Of a stretch of 51,960 nt of DNA, positions 16,213 through 24,386 are shown in pieces (positions within the stretch are counted from its first letter, which is position 1; each line of letters begins with the position of its first letter). Made by a program: the position numbers and the translations under genes. The stretch is from a phage, in sequence record PZ000615.1. The stretch is one strand, 5' to 3'. The notes beneath the pieces are model-generated. The model was not told the origin of the DNA. It saw nothing but the letters and a program-made list of their open reading frames with translations, and ran no database searches.

Positions 16213-16712
16213 TGGTGGCCTCATACGTGGGGCTGTTCACCCTGGCAAACGTGAACGTCGCTATGTTCGGAGTGTGGGTTACACCGTTCAACGCGCTATT
16301 CATTATTGCTGCTGATATGGTGATACGCGACAGAATCCAGTATGACGGCGGAGCGCTTGTTGCAATATTCGCCTCACTGCTTGCTGGTTCTGCAACAATA
16401 GCCATAGTTCCGGATGCAGGTCGAATAGCCATAGCGTCAAGCTTGTCCGTTGTCCTTGCTGGCCTTGCCTCTGCTGTTGCATTTAGGTTGAGGCGTGGGG
16501 ATTTCTACAGAAAGTCATATCAGGCAAATGTGATCGCTGCTGCTGTTGACTCAATCGCTTTCCCTGTGATAGCGTTCGGCTCGGTCATGATGTATGTGAC
16601 ACTCGCGCAGTTTGCAGCCAAAGTCATTGGCGCTTCTGTCATACTCTACTTAATGAAAAGGTGTTTCAATAATGACAGTTCACTTTCACGGCTCTCCAAT
16701 AACGGGCGGTAA
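16197..16712 (+). CDS. YhhQ/VUT-family-like integral membrane protein (putative queuosine-precursor transporter)
   Basis: Multi-pass hydrophobic protein; segments FNALFIIAADMVIRDRI, AFRLRRGDFYRKSYQANVIAAAVDSIAFPVIAF and QFAAKVIGASVILYLM align by eye with recalled E. coli YhhQ; alternative start 16212. Confidence 0.55.
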   Translation: MRKILMVASYVGLFTLANVNVAMFGVWVTPFNALFIIAADMVIRDRIQYDGGALVAIFASLLAGSATIAIVPDAGRIAIASSLSVVLAGLASAVAFRLRRGDFYRKSYQANVIAAAVDSIAFPVIAFGSVMMYVTLAQFAAKVIGASVILYLMKRCFNNDSSLSRLSNNGR

Positions 16713-16719
16713 GGGTGAT

Positions 16720-17493
16720 ATGATGGCTCGCGTTGCATATCGCGGCGCGGGTGCATTCGTATCTTACGCTCACCCAAAGCAGATCAACATGACCCTTGAG
16801 GTTGCTGACGCTGTATGCATAGACAACGGCGCATTCTCAAAGAAGAATACCGGACGCGAGACGGATTGGAACGGGTTTTACAACGACTTTCTCCCAAGGT
16901 TTATCGACCATCCGAAACTCAGATTCTTTGTTATTCCGGATGACATAAGCGGAGACGACCAGGAGAACGACAGGCTTATCCGTGAGCTACCAGCGCACCT
17001 TAAACACAAAGGCGCTCCGGTATGGCACTTGCACGAGAGCATAGATCGCCTTGTTCACCTGGCTAACGAGTGGGAGTATGTATGTCTTGGCTCATCAGGA
17101 GAATACTACTCAATCCGATCCCCTAAGTGGCGAGCAAGGATGGATGAGGCATTCAACGCTCTGATCTCTCGCGGGTATTCTGCTAAGCTTCACGGCCTGA
17201 GGATGCTGGATGGTCGAGTTCTTGGCAATTATCCACTTGACCAGGCCGACTCAACCAATATCGCCATTAATGCGCCAAAGTGGTTATGCAAGCACGTGCA
17301 GATGACTATAGAGGCTTGCCGGATGCAGACGCATTTCAGTAAGTGGATTGACACAACAGATCCGAAGGTAGCTCTTGATAACCTGATCTCTGCCGGAGGA
17401 ACTAAAGAGCAAATGCTATCTCAGAGGTGCGCAATCCTGAAATCGTGCATTGAGTCAGTCAAACCTCCGCATAAGTCTGACTGGTTAAAATAG
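16720..17493 (+). CDS. TGT-fold protein, putative DpdA-like DNA transglycosylase (tentative)
   Basis: Track ORF 16672..17493; probable ATG 16720 after AGGGTGA; CIDNGAF resembles TGT DSGGFQ catalytic-Asp motif, YVCLGSSGEY resembles TGT YAVGGLAVGE; no zinc CxCxxC..H motif; adjacent to YhhQ-like gene. Confidence 0.4.
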   Translation: MMARVAYRGAGAFVSYAHPKQINMTLEVADAVCIDNGAFSKKNTGRETDWNGFYNDFLPRFIDHPKLRFFVIPDDISGDDQENDRLIRELPAHLKHKGAPVWHLHESIDRLVHLANEWEYVCLGSSGEYYSIRSPKWRARMDEAFNALISRGYSAKLHGLRMLDGRVLGNYPLDQADSTNIAINAPKWLCKHVQMTIEACRMQTHFSKWIDTTDPKVALDNLISAGGTKEQMLSQRCAILKSCIESVKPPHKSDWLK

Positions 17494-17533
17494 CACTTTT
17501 TGCTAAACGCCGCCCGACGTAATCGGGCATAAT
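17489..17533 (+). promoter_or_regulatory. Promoter-like cassette
   Basis: AATAGCACTTTTTGCTAAA; hairpin GCCCGACGTAATCGGGC; CATAAT 17528-17533. Confidence 0.4.
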
Positions 17534-17562
17534 GCAGTTACACCAATCAAAGGAGCAATACC

Positions 17563-17856
17563 ATGAAAAAGAAAACCAACCTCGTTCGCGTTCGTCTGCT
17601 CACTGACGGCTATTTCCGCGACAGCGACAATCTGAAAGTATGGCTCAAGCCGCGCACCTTTCCCGTCATCGTCAACGCTGAGATCGTGAAGTCTGAAAGC
17701 GGGTTGCCAGTTTTCGCAAAAGTGCCAATGTCAGAATGCGTGGCTATCGGCATGAATCAGGAAATCTTCGGTAACGGCCTGGAAGGGTGCGGATTGTCCT
17801 GGGCGCTGCATGAGGTTGATGACTTATGCGGAAACCCTGAAGCTGAGATCCTGTAA
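17563..17856 (+). CDS. Hypothetical protein
   Basis: Track ORF; AAGGAG SD. Confidence 0.5.
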   Translation: MKKKTNLVRVRLLTDGYFRDSDNLKVWLKPRTFPVIVNAEIVKSESGLPVFAKVPMSECVAIGMNQEIFGNGLEGCGLSWALHEVDDLCGNPEAEIL

Positions 17857-18083
17857 TGGCTCGCCGTCAAGTGACCTGCAAGTGTGGGGCTTACAGTTTC
17901 CCGCATAGGTTCGGCGGCGGCAAATGTGACGGGCTTGTCATCGTGATATCGGCGGCGGGTTCGTCCCACTGCCAATATTGCCACCTGAATAATAACGGCT
18001 GTGAAGTAATAAAAGGTCAGGAGCATCCGCGAGAGTGTCCGGCTGTGATTGACTTCTGTGAATATAACGAGGTGAAATTGTGA
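17856..18083 (+). CDS. Small Cys-rich (putative zinc-binding) protein
   Basis: 10 Cys in 75 aa (CKCG...C..C...CQYC...C...C...C); TAATG coupling. Confidence 0.45.
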   Translation: MARRQVTCKCGAYSFPHRFGGGKCDGLVIVISAAGSSHCQYCHLNNNGCEVIKGQEHPRECPAVIDFCEYNEVKL

Positions 18084-18346
18084 ATCAGTTGCTGCTTGAC
18101 ATGATCATAAGCAATCTTGATGTTGAGTGCTTAGTCATTCCATCAACTATGGAGTTCGTATGTCTCGACCTCGACGGCGATGTTTACGCATACGAGGGGT
18201 CTGTTTATCGTGACGATGACGAATGGGTCAACGAACCGGATGGGGATCTACATTACATCGGAACCATCTCCGGATTCAACTGTAGCAGGGTTTGGCGTGA
18301 ATGCCTGTTCACTGCTGACCAATGGCGCGAGGCTATCAGCAAATGA
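18080..18346 (+). CDS. Hypothetical protein
   Basis: Track ORF with GTG start after GAGGTG. Confidence 0.4.
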   Translation: MNQLLLDMIISNLDVECLVIPSTMEFVCLDLDGDVYAYEGSVYRDDDEWVNEPDGDLHYIGTISGFNCSRVWRECLFTADQWREAISK

Positions 18347-18540
18347 AAACCTTCGAGAGCAAAGAGTACCACGATGAGGACGGCGACGGCTTAAGCGTTG
18401 ACTGTCATGACACTCACGTTGAGATTATGACCTGGAGCACTACAGGCTGCGGCGTATTCTCCGATCCGAAAGTCCTGCGTGAGATTGCTGCTCAACTGGT
18501 ACGCGGCGCGGAAGAACTAGAAAGGCAGGCTAATTCATGA
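18343..18540 (+). CDS. Hypothetical protein
   Basis: ATGA coupling to upstream gene; track ORF 18322..18540 has an upstream extension. Confidence 0.4.
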   Translation: MKTFESKEYHDEDGDGLSVDCHDTHVEIMTWSTTGCGVFSDPKVLREIAAQLVRGAEELERQANS

Positions 18541-18803
18541 AAAAGGTTGACAAGGGTTTATCTTTCTTTGCTGCGCTGGCTATAGTGGCGGCTATCATCG
18601 GCGGAGCTACAGTGTCCGAGGGCTACAGGATTCACAAGCTGATCAACAGTGTCGATGATGACGGGAAAGTTATCTGTGCTCTGACTGGTAACGAGCGAAC
18701 GCGAACCTATCCGGTGCTGGCTGGTAAGGTAACGGTAATGCAAACAACCCAGGAACAAGAGTATTATTGCGCTCCAGGTAAATTATACTGGGTTGCGAAA
18801 TAG
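18537..18803 (+). CDS. Small protein with N-terminal hydrophobic anchor/signal
   Basis: N-terminal LSFFAALAIVAAIIGGA; stop TAG inside promoter element. Confidence 0.45.
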   Translation: MKKVDKGLSFFAALAIVAAIIGGATVSEGYRIHKLINSVDDDGKVICALTGNERTRTYPVLAGKVTVMQTTQEQEYYCAPGKLYWVAK

Positions 18804-18843
18804 CACTTTTTGTTAAACATACCCGCCGTCGTGCGGGTATTAT
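18799..18843 (+). promoter_or_regulatory. Promoter-like cassette
   Basis: AATAGCACTTTTTGTTAAA; hairpin ACCCGCCGTCGTGCGGGT; TATTAT 18838-18843. Confidence 0.4.
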
Positions 18844-18871
18844 TGTTTTAACGAAACGAAAGGAGCAAATC

Positions 18872-19105
18872 ATGAGTCATGTAATCAACCAGAGAGCTAT
18901 CAACGAAACTCACCGCCAGGTATTGTGGGCTATCTTCATCACTCGCGACGGTCAGCGCTATGCGGTGCGCGATCACGGGTTTAAATGCAACACATACGCC
19001 GAGTTAGACGGGCGTTGGGTTCACACCTCAAACCTGTCAAGCTTCTTGGTCTGGAATGGCGAGTTCCAAGGTCACGACGATATCAGCAGTCTGATCGAAG
19101 AATAG
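18872..19105 (+). CDS. Hypothetical protein
   Basis: Track ORF; AAGGAG SD; stop abuts promoter element. Confidence 0.5.
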   Translation: MSHVINQRAINETHRQVLWAIFITRDGQRYAVRDHGFKCNTYAELDGRWVHTSNLSSFLVWNGEFQGHDDISSLIEE

Positions 19106-19145
19106 CACGAATTGCTAAAACTCAATATTGGTGTTGCGCTATAGT
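19101..19145 (+). promoter_or_regulatory. Promoter-like cassette
   Basis: AATAGCACGAATTGCTAAA; TATAGT 19140-19145. Confidence 0.4.
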
Positions 19146-19175
19146 AACCCCAACAACCAATCAGAGGAAATACCG

Positions 19176-19490
19176 ATGCAAGTATTCATTAAACTCGTTG
19201 ACACCTACTACATGGCGGCTCAGGGTATGGCTGGCGTTATCGTTAAGGGTGAAACCTTAAGCTCACATCCGGATTACGCAGCAAAGTCAGGCGATTCCGT
19301 TTTTGTGGATATCCGCGATATGAGGCCTTTCATGCGTCCTGAGCATCACCATTTGTGTGACGACTGGCTCGATAAGCCGACGCGATACCTGTACACCATC
19401 CCAGGCGTGTATGACACAATGGCAACGTGCGAGGTCGTCGATAACCCGTTTGCGCACTGGAACCGCATCAAGAGCGGCGAACTACACTAA
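19176..19490 (+). CDS. Hypothetical protein
   Basis: ATG 19176 with GAGGAAA SD; track ORF 19128..19490 has an upstream extension. Confidence 0.45.
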   Translation: MQVFIKLVDTYYMAAQGMAGVIVKGETLSSHPDYAAKSGDSVFVDIRDMRPFMRPEHHHLCDDWLDKPTRYLYTIPGVYDTMATCEVVDNPFAHWNRIKSGELH

Positions 19491-19548
19491 GACGATAAAC
19501 CACCAGGGGAGAATTTACTCCCCTCACAACGCGATAGAGGGCGTTTAA

Positions 19549-19860
19549 ATGGCATCAAAAAACAACGAAATTCGACACATCCACGATCTGAAGATTTCCC
19601 CTGAGCATTTCCGAAATGTGTGCCTCGGACTTAAGACGGCAGAATACCGACGCAACGACCGGAATTTTGAGCAGTTCGATACAATCCGGCTGCGCGAGTA
19701 TGACAACGGGCATACTGGAAATGAGATCTCGGCAATTATCACCCACGTTCTGGATCTGGATGAGTTCCATGACTTCCCAGACAATGCGCCATTTGCTGGT
19801 TACGTCATGCTGTCAATCCAGTTAATCAAGGGGAGCCGGAAATGCGCAAGTATCGAATAG
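19549..19860 (+). CDS. ASCH/PUA-like (DUF3850-like) domain protein
   Basis: HDLKISPEHFRNVCLGLKTAEYRRNDRNFEQFDTIRLREYD matches recalled DUF3850 N-terminal pattern. Confidence 0.5.
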   Translation: MASKNNEIRHIHDLKISPEHFRNVCLGLKTAEYRRNDRNFEQFDTIRLREYDNGHTGNEISAIITHVLDLDEFHDFPDNAPFAGYVMLSIQLIKGSRKCASIE

Positions 19861-20054
19861 CTCTAATCGAAACAACATCCGCATTTGGCGATCCAATTAA
19901 GTGCTACGCCGTTCAGGTTCGTGTTGCTCTGTTCTGGTGGGTGACGGTTGAAACGTGCGGTCATCTCTGCCAGGCTCGCTATTGGATCAACAAGAGCGGC
20001 GCTCCACATCGCAAAGAGCATATCATTAAAATCGTGAATAGCACGAAAAGCTAA
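19842..20054 (+). CDS. Hypothetical protein
   Basis: Track ORF; GGGGAG SD; 3' end reads into promoter element. Confidence 0.4.
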   Translation: MRKYRIALIETTSAFGDPIKCYAVQVRVALFWWVTVETCGHLCQARYWINKSGAPHRKEHIIKIVNSTKS

Positions 20055-20081
20055 AACATCCAGGTGTGGTCTTGCTATAGT
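20037..20081 (+). promoter_or_regulatory. Promoter-like cassette (variant element)
   Basis: AATAGCACGAAAAGCTAAA; TATAGT 20076-20081. Confidence 0.35.
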
Positions 20082-20110
20082 GAGATCACACCAAACGAGA
20101 TGATTCGAAC

Positions 20111-20341
20111 ATGATCGTAAAGAATAAGTTGGGCGAATACCACGCGAGCGACAAGACCGTTGAGCATGGTTTCGGATGGGGCGGTGGGTTGTACTTTCGA
20201 ACCAAAACAGGAAAATGGAAGTTCAATGGCATCGGGCAACCAGTAGCGAATGCGCTGGAAGTCGAGAAGTCAGACATCAATCCGGAAACTAAACTCCCGT
20301 GGGGGTTAGATCCGTCAACTCATACAAAGGTGGAATCATGA
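20111..20341 (+). CDS. Hypothetical protein
   Basis: Track ORF. Confidence 0.45.
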   Translation: MIVKNKLGEYHASDKTVEHGFGWGGGLYFRTKTGKWKFNGIGQPVANALEVEKSDINPETKLPWGLDPSTHTKVES

Positions 20342-20655
20342 AACTCCTGTGTCTCAACTCACCAGTGAAAGGCCTCATCAAAGAGGGTAAGCGTTACGAC
20401 ATCGTTAACGAAAGCAGCAAGGCGACAACCAAGGTCATCTTTGACGAGTTCGGGGTTGCGTTCTACCTGACTCGGGTTCCTGGCTCGGCTGGTCTGTATC
20501 AAACACGAATCGGTAGCGGCGTATTCCTGTTCCGCATGGTTGACGACAGTTTTGAGAAGCATCAAAAGAAACTGCGCAACGAGCGCCGAATCGAGCTTGC
20601 GATCCTGTTTGTTGGGGTGCTTCTGGTAACTGGATACATGATGATGCAGGGGTAA
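20338..20655 (+). CDS. Hypothetical protein with C-terminal TM helix
   Basis: ATGA coupling; C-terminal LAILFVGVLLVTGYMMM. Confidence 0.45.
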   Translation: MKLLCLNSPVKGLIKEGKRYDIVNESSKATTKVIFDEFGVAFYLTRVPGSAGLYQTRIGSGVFLFRMVDDSFEKHQKKLRNERRIELAILFVGVLLVTGYMMMQG

Positions 20656-20657
20656 CA

Positions 20658-20948
20658 GTGGACGGCGAAAACATGCGCTTTTACCCTTCCCAGGCGGGAG
20701 GGGTTAAAACTCACTACATGCACGACTTGCCACCTGGCTTGACGATGAAACGCATTCGCGAGGTCGGAAAAGAGTACGCCAAGAACGCTGGCCTTGAGTT
20801 TAAGGCCAAAAAGATACGAGGACGCAACCTACTCGTGATCCGCATGAGCTTTGTTCCATGGTTGATGGATGACTTCTCGTTTGCAGATGGTGTCAAGGGT
20901 TGTCAGTGTGACGCTTGCGAGCGTTGGTATAAGGAATCAGGAAAATGA
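20658..20948 (+). CDS. Hypothetical protein
   Basis: Track ORF (GTG start after AGGGG). Confidence 0.4.
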   Translation: MDGENMRFYPSQAGGVKTHYMHDLPPGLTMKRIREVGKEYAKNAGLEFKAKKIRGRNLLVIRMSFVPWLMDDFSFADGVKGCQCDACERWYKESGK

Positions 20949-21154
20949 TTAAGCGTTTAAAGCCGATTGATATCAGGCCTGGCGATCTGGTTTATTGTGG
21001 ATGGACTGGTAAAAAGAAATGGCGTCGGGTTATCGGCGTGGAGTGTAAATCCGCCTATCGCTACAATCTGTATATGGGTGATCAATGGGCGATTAGCGCC
21101 GGATCTGCTTGCGAGTTCCTGGTGAAGTCAAATCGCAAGCCGCATGGTTTCTAA
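20945..21154 (+). CDS. Hypothetical protein
   Basis: ATGA coupling; stop abuts promoter element. Confidence 0.45.
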   Translation: MIKRLKPIDIRPGDLVYCGWTGKKKWRRVIGVECKSAYRYNLYMGDQWAISAGSACEFLVKSNRKPHGF

Positions 21155-21198
21155 ATAGCACGAATTGCTAAAACGGGATGTTCGCTGACTGGTATATT
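21154..21198 (+). promoter_or_regulatory. Promoter-like cassette
   Basis: AATAGCACGAATTGCTAAA; TATATT 21193-21198. Confidence 0.4.
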
Positions 21199-21230
21199 GT
21201 GTTCATCCCAACACGAAAGAGGAAATGAAG

Positions 21231-21467
21231 ATGGAACTAGTTAAAGTCATTGCAGCAATCATGGAAGCGATCCACAGAGATTCAGAGGCGGTTGTTGTTT
21301 TCGAAGAGTCTGAATCCAAAGGCATCAAGTCAATCACTTTTTACAGTGACAGCGAGGACGGGTTGACCGCGCACCTGATCGCATCGGCAGGGACTGGGAA
21401 GCGTGATTTTAAAAACGCTATCGGGCTTGTTGTTTATCACTCACGCGCTATCAAAGAGGTTATCTAA
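21231..21467 (+). CDS. Hypothetical protein
   Basis: ATG 21231 at better spacing from AAGAGGA than track start 21225. Confidence 0.45.
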   Translation: MELVKVIAAIMEAIHRDSEAVVVFEESESKGIKSITFYSDSEDGLTAHLIASAGTGKRDFKNAIGLVVYHSRAIKEVI

Positions 21468-21468
21468 C

Positions 21469-21981
21469 ATGAAAGAAAAATACATGCGTGCAACAGCAGT
21501 TTCATTCGTCGCGCCGTTCACAATGAACGGGTTCACAGCAGGGCGACGCTACTTTTCCAACAAGGGCGCTTATATCTTCCAGCATCGAAACGGAGATGTT
21601 TATGGCATCACGAGAACCGGAGTAACTGATGATGATGGGCAGGATCGTGTTGTCTGCCTGGTTGAGACAAGCCTTTTCAACGGTGAAACCCTGGTTGCTC
21701 GAATCGAACACGAATACGACGAAATCGCGGTGGCTCGAAAAATCAAGAGATACCGTCGCATGGCGATTAACGCCTTTGCAATGTACGCCCGTCGATGGTG
21801 GAACATGAGCAAGAAACAGGCTCGCGCCTGGGGTCGAATGCAAGCTGAGCCGTTCTTCTACAATGACGGCGACGTTGTCCCAGGAACTGTGATTCACGAC
21901 TTCATTGAGCAGTGCGATATTTGGGAAGTTGACCAGGAGCTTTTCAACGACGCTGTTTATGAAGAGATTTCATGCTGGTAA
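21469..21981 (+). CDS. Hypothetical protein
   Basis: ATG 21469 directly after upstream stop; track ORF 21403..21981 has an upstream extension. Confidence 0.45.
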   Translation: MKEKYMRATAVSFVAPFTMNGFTAGRRYFSNKGAYIFQHRNGDVYGITRTGVTDDDGQDRVVCLVETSLFNGETLVARIEHEYDEIAVARKIKRYRRMAINAFAMYARRWWNMSKKQARAWGRMQAEPFFYNDGDVVPGTVIHDFIEQCDIWEVDQELFNDAVYEEISCW

Positions 21982-22025
21982 ATAGCACTAATTGCTAATC
22001 TTGCGCGAGGTCATTTTGATATAGT
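21981..22025 (+). promoter_or_regulatory. Promoter-like cassette
   Basis: AATAGCACTAATTGCTAAT; hairpin GAGGTCA...TGACCTC spanning TATAGT 22020-22025. Confidence 0.4.
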
Positions 22026-22066
22026 GACCTCATTCAAGCAAAGCAACCAATCAGAGGAATGAACTC

Positions 22067-22795
22067 ATGAAATTATCACTCAAAGCCATCGCAACCAATC
22101 GCATCAACGGATCTGTAACCGCGTTCAAGGTGTACCCAGTGTTAAATGACATGCTGGCAAGCCTGACGGATTCCGGATACTGGTTCATCAACGATAATGG
22201 TGAGAAGCAGTTCGCACACAAAGGAATCGTTCGCGACGGTTTTAGCGATCCGAAAAAGCAATACAGTTTTGACCTTTGTTTGCAGGTCAAAACGCTGGAG
22301 GAAACTATAAAGAGTCAGATTGACAAGTCTATCCGGTATTCTTTAAAGCCAGGTGGTGATTTATACGGGGCTTTGCGTGGAGGATTCCAAGGCGGCGGAT
22401 ATGTTCGGGATTTTTCATTCAGCAATGCATCTAACGCGGCGGCAAGTGCAGTCAAGGAAATGCAATCTGTTTGCGGAATCATTGGTGACGGCACTATCAA
22501 AGTCAAGATCGGTGACTTGCGCAGCGATGAGAAAAAGGAGCGTGACGCGGCTGTTGCTGAACTTGATAAGCATCTTCCAGCATACCGACGTTCTGATAAA
22601 GGGTTTGGTCTGGTTGAAAGCATTGAGTGGATCGGCAAGCTTAACGCGGCTCACAGTTCAGACTGTCAGAAATATGAGGGTATACTTGAAGATCTTATGG
22701 AGGCGTTCGACATTCGCACCATTGACGGACTCAAGCATTTTGCCTCGAACCTGAAGCGCTCGTCTGAAATTATCGACGCTGTTCGCAAGAAATAG
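22067..22795 (+). CDS. Hypothetical protein (242 aa)
   Basis: Track ORF; GAGGAATGAAC SD; stop TAG inside promoter element. Confidence 0.5.
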   Translation: MKLSLKAIATNRINGSVTAFKVYPVLNDMLASLTDSGYWFINDNGEKQFAHKGIVRDGFSDPKKQYSFDLCLQVKTLEETIKSQIDKSIRYSLKPGGDLYGALRGGFQGGGYVRDFSFSNASNAAASAVKEMQSVCGIIGDGTIKVKIGDLRSDEKKERDAAVAELDKHLPAYRRSDKGFGLVESIEWIGKLNAAHSSDCQKYEGILEDLMEAFDIRTIDGLKHFASNLKRSSEIIDAVRKK

Positions 22796-22835
22796 CACTA
22801 ATTGCTAAAACAATGCCGGAGCAATCCGGCATAAT
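22791..22835 (+). promoter_or_regulatory. Promoter-like cassette
   Basis: AATAGCACTAATTGCTAAA; hairpin CCGGAGCAATCCGG; CATAAT 22830-22835. Confidence 0.4.
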
Positions 22836-22865
22836 GAACTCATCGAAACAAACGGAGCTATAGAG

Positions 22866-23099
22866 ATGAGCAAGGCACAATACAAACTGATTCAGATCGT
22901 AAACGTTAGTGATCGACATGATGATGACAGCTTAACACTCAAGGAGTGCGGGGTTGTTCAAGGTGAGAAGTTTTACGCCGATGTTTACGGTGGCGGCACA
23001 GCCTGGATTCGAGCCAAGCGTGACAATGCTGATAAGAGCATTCTTGCAGGTGACAACCTTTCGGTTGACTTTGGCGATTATATCGAGGTGGCAAAGTGA
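22866..23099 (+). CDS. Hypothetical protein
   Basis: Track ORF. Confidence 0.45.
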   Translation: MSKAQYKLIQIVNVSDRHDDDSLTLKECGVVQGEKFYADVYGGGTAWIRAKRDNADKSILAGDNLSVDFGDYIEVAK

Positions 23100-23389
23100 A
23101 ACTCATCTGGATTCACACCTATGAAACAGGAACGGCAACCAATCGGAAAACTGTTGAGAGCGTTCATCACGTATACAACGAGGCGCTTGAGCAGCAAACA
23201 CTGCTTGGAGGCACTGTTGAGGAGTTCCGCCAAATGCCAACGATCGCATGGTTCCGCGAGCAGTACCTACAGCAGCCAAAGCCGGAGCCGGAGTTAATCC
23301 AGGTTATGGGGCGCGGGTTGCGCGGTACAATGGCGAAATGTATCATGGTCGACTTTCACGACGGAGAGAAAAATGAAACTGACAAGTAA
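23096..23389 (+). CDS. Hypothetical protein
   Basis: Track ORF, ATGA coupling. Confidence 0.45.
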   Translation: MKLIWIHTYETGTATNRKTVESVHHVYNEALEQQTLLGGTVEEFRQMPTIAWFREQYLQQPKPEPELIQVMGRGLRGTMAKCIMVDFHDGEKNETDK

Positions 23390-23741
23390 TATGCCAAAGA
23401 ATGCTATCTACATGGTTCACACTGCTCCAAGCGTGAAAGTTGCTGGTTGCGTCCTGGTTCACTTTGACCGATACGGCGTTCCTCGCGGTCTTGTTTCCGG
23501 AACTGGTGATTCTAAGTTCTGGTTCTATCCTGATGAGATTTGGGTAAATCAAGATCTACATTGCCATATGGTGGCGAGCCATGAGCCTGATTTCCGCAAC
23601 ATCTCTCGCGGTCGAATCAAGCGGATCATTAAGCACTGGAATCGAAACGCTGACATCTGCAACAATGCAGAAGATGCGGGAGATTACACTCCAGTGATGT
23701 CCTGGTACGGCGGTTTCGTGCCAAGCCCACAAAACAAGTAA
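23373..23741 (+). CDS. Hypothetical protein
   Basis: Track ORF, GGAGAG SD. Confidence 0.45.
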   Translation: MKLTSNMPKNAIYMVHTAPSVKVAGCVLVHFDRYGVPRGLVSGTGDSKFWFYPDEIWVNQDLHCHMVASHEPDFRNISRGRIKRIIKHWNRNADICNNAEDAGDYTPVMSWYGGFVPSPQNK

Positions 23742-23807
23742 TTTTAACCATCATTTAAAGCGCCTCAATCGCATTGTGAGAGGCGCAAATTTAAGAGGTA
23801 TGATTTT

Positions 23808-24038
23808 ATGTTTGGACTGTCAGAGGCTCACTGGAACATCGTTAAACGTGCGGCTCGTGGGCTTAATGATGCAATCGGTGAGCTACCCAAAGCAGACCGA
23901 AAGAAAGAGGCTGTAGTTATCAAGGTGATCAGCAAACATCACGCTCCGGTTGAAACGTTGATTGACCGCTATAAATTTGTGTGGACGGCTGGATACCTGG
24001 CCGGACGCGTTGGTAATAAGGAGAGTGATTATGAGTAA
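23808..24038 (+). CDS. Hypothetical protein
   Basis: Track ORF. Confidence 0.45.
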   Translation: MFGLSEAHWNIVKRAARGLNDAIGELPKADRKKEAVVIKVISKHHAPVETLIDRYKFVWTAGYLAGRVGNKESDYE

Positions 24039-24228
24039 GGTCAAAGCTGGAGATCGAATCAAGTGCGTAACATCCATCATGCAAGGCTGTTTTACTGTTG
24101 GTTGTGAGTATGCGGCGGAGAAGGTTCTAAGTGGCGGGTTCGTTACGGTTTACAATGACAATGGCGATCCTACAATTCTGGATTACCCTCACGATCCGGA
24201 TTACGGAAAGTTTGAAAAAGTAGATTGA
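24031..24228 (+). CDS. Hypothetical protein
   Basis: ATG 24031 after AAGGAGAG; track ORF 23962..24228 has an upstream extension. Confidence 0.4.
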   Translation: MSKVKAGDRIKCVTSIMQGCFTVGCEYAAEKVLSGGFVTVYNDNGDPTILDYPHDPDYGKFEKVD

Positions 24229-24386
24229 CGGCATCTGCTCTGACTGGTACATTTAGAACCGTAGACGAAAGAGGCGCTTACATGCGCAACTTGCCGAGAA
24301 AGGCGACATAAAATAAATCGGGCATCCGTGAACGCGTAGACGCCAGGGGGAGTCGTAACCCCCAACCATTCAGAGGAGATTGACGA

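Noticed and set aside
3862-19260. N-terminal extensions of track ORFs 3862..4170, 15806..16069, 18985..19260 and 19128..19490
   Set aside because: The extensions arise from in-frame translation of the promoter element (IARIAK) or non-ATG starts; downstream ATGs with Shine-Dalgarno sequences give more plausible starts.
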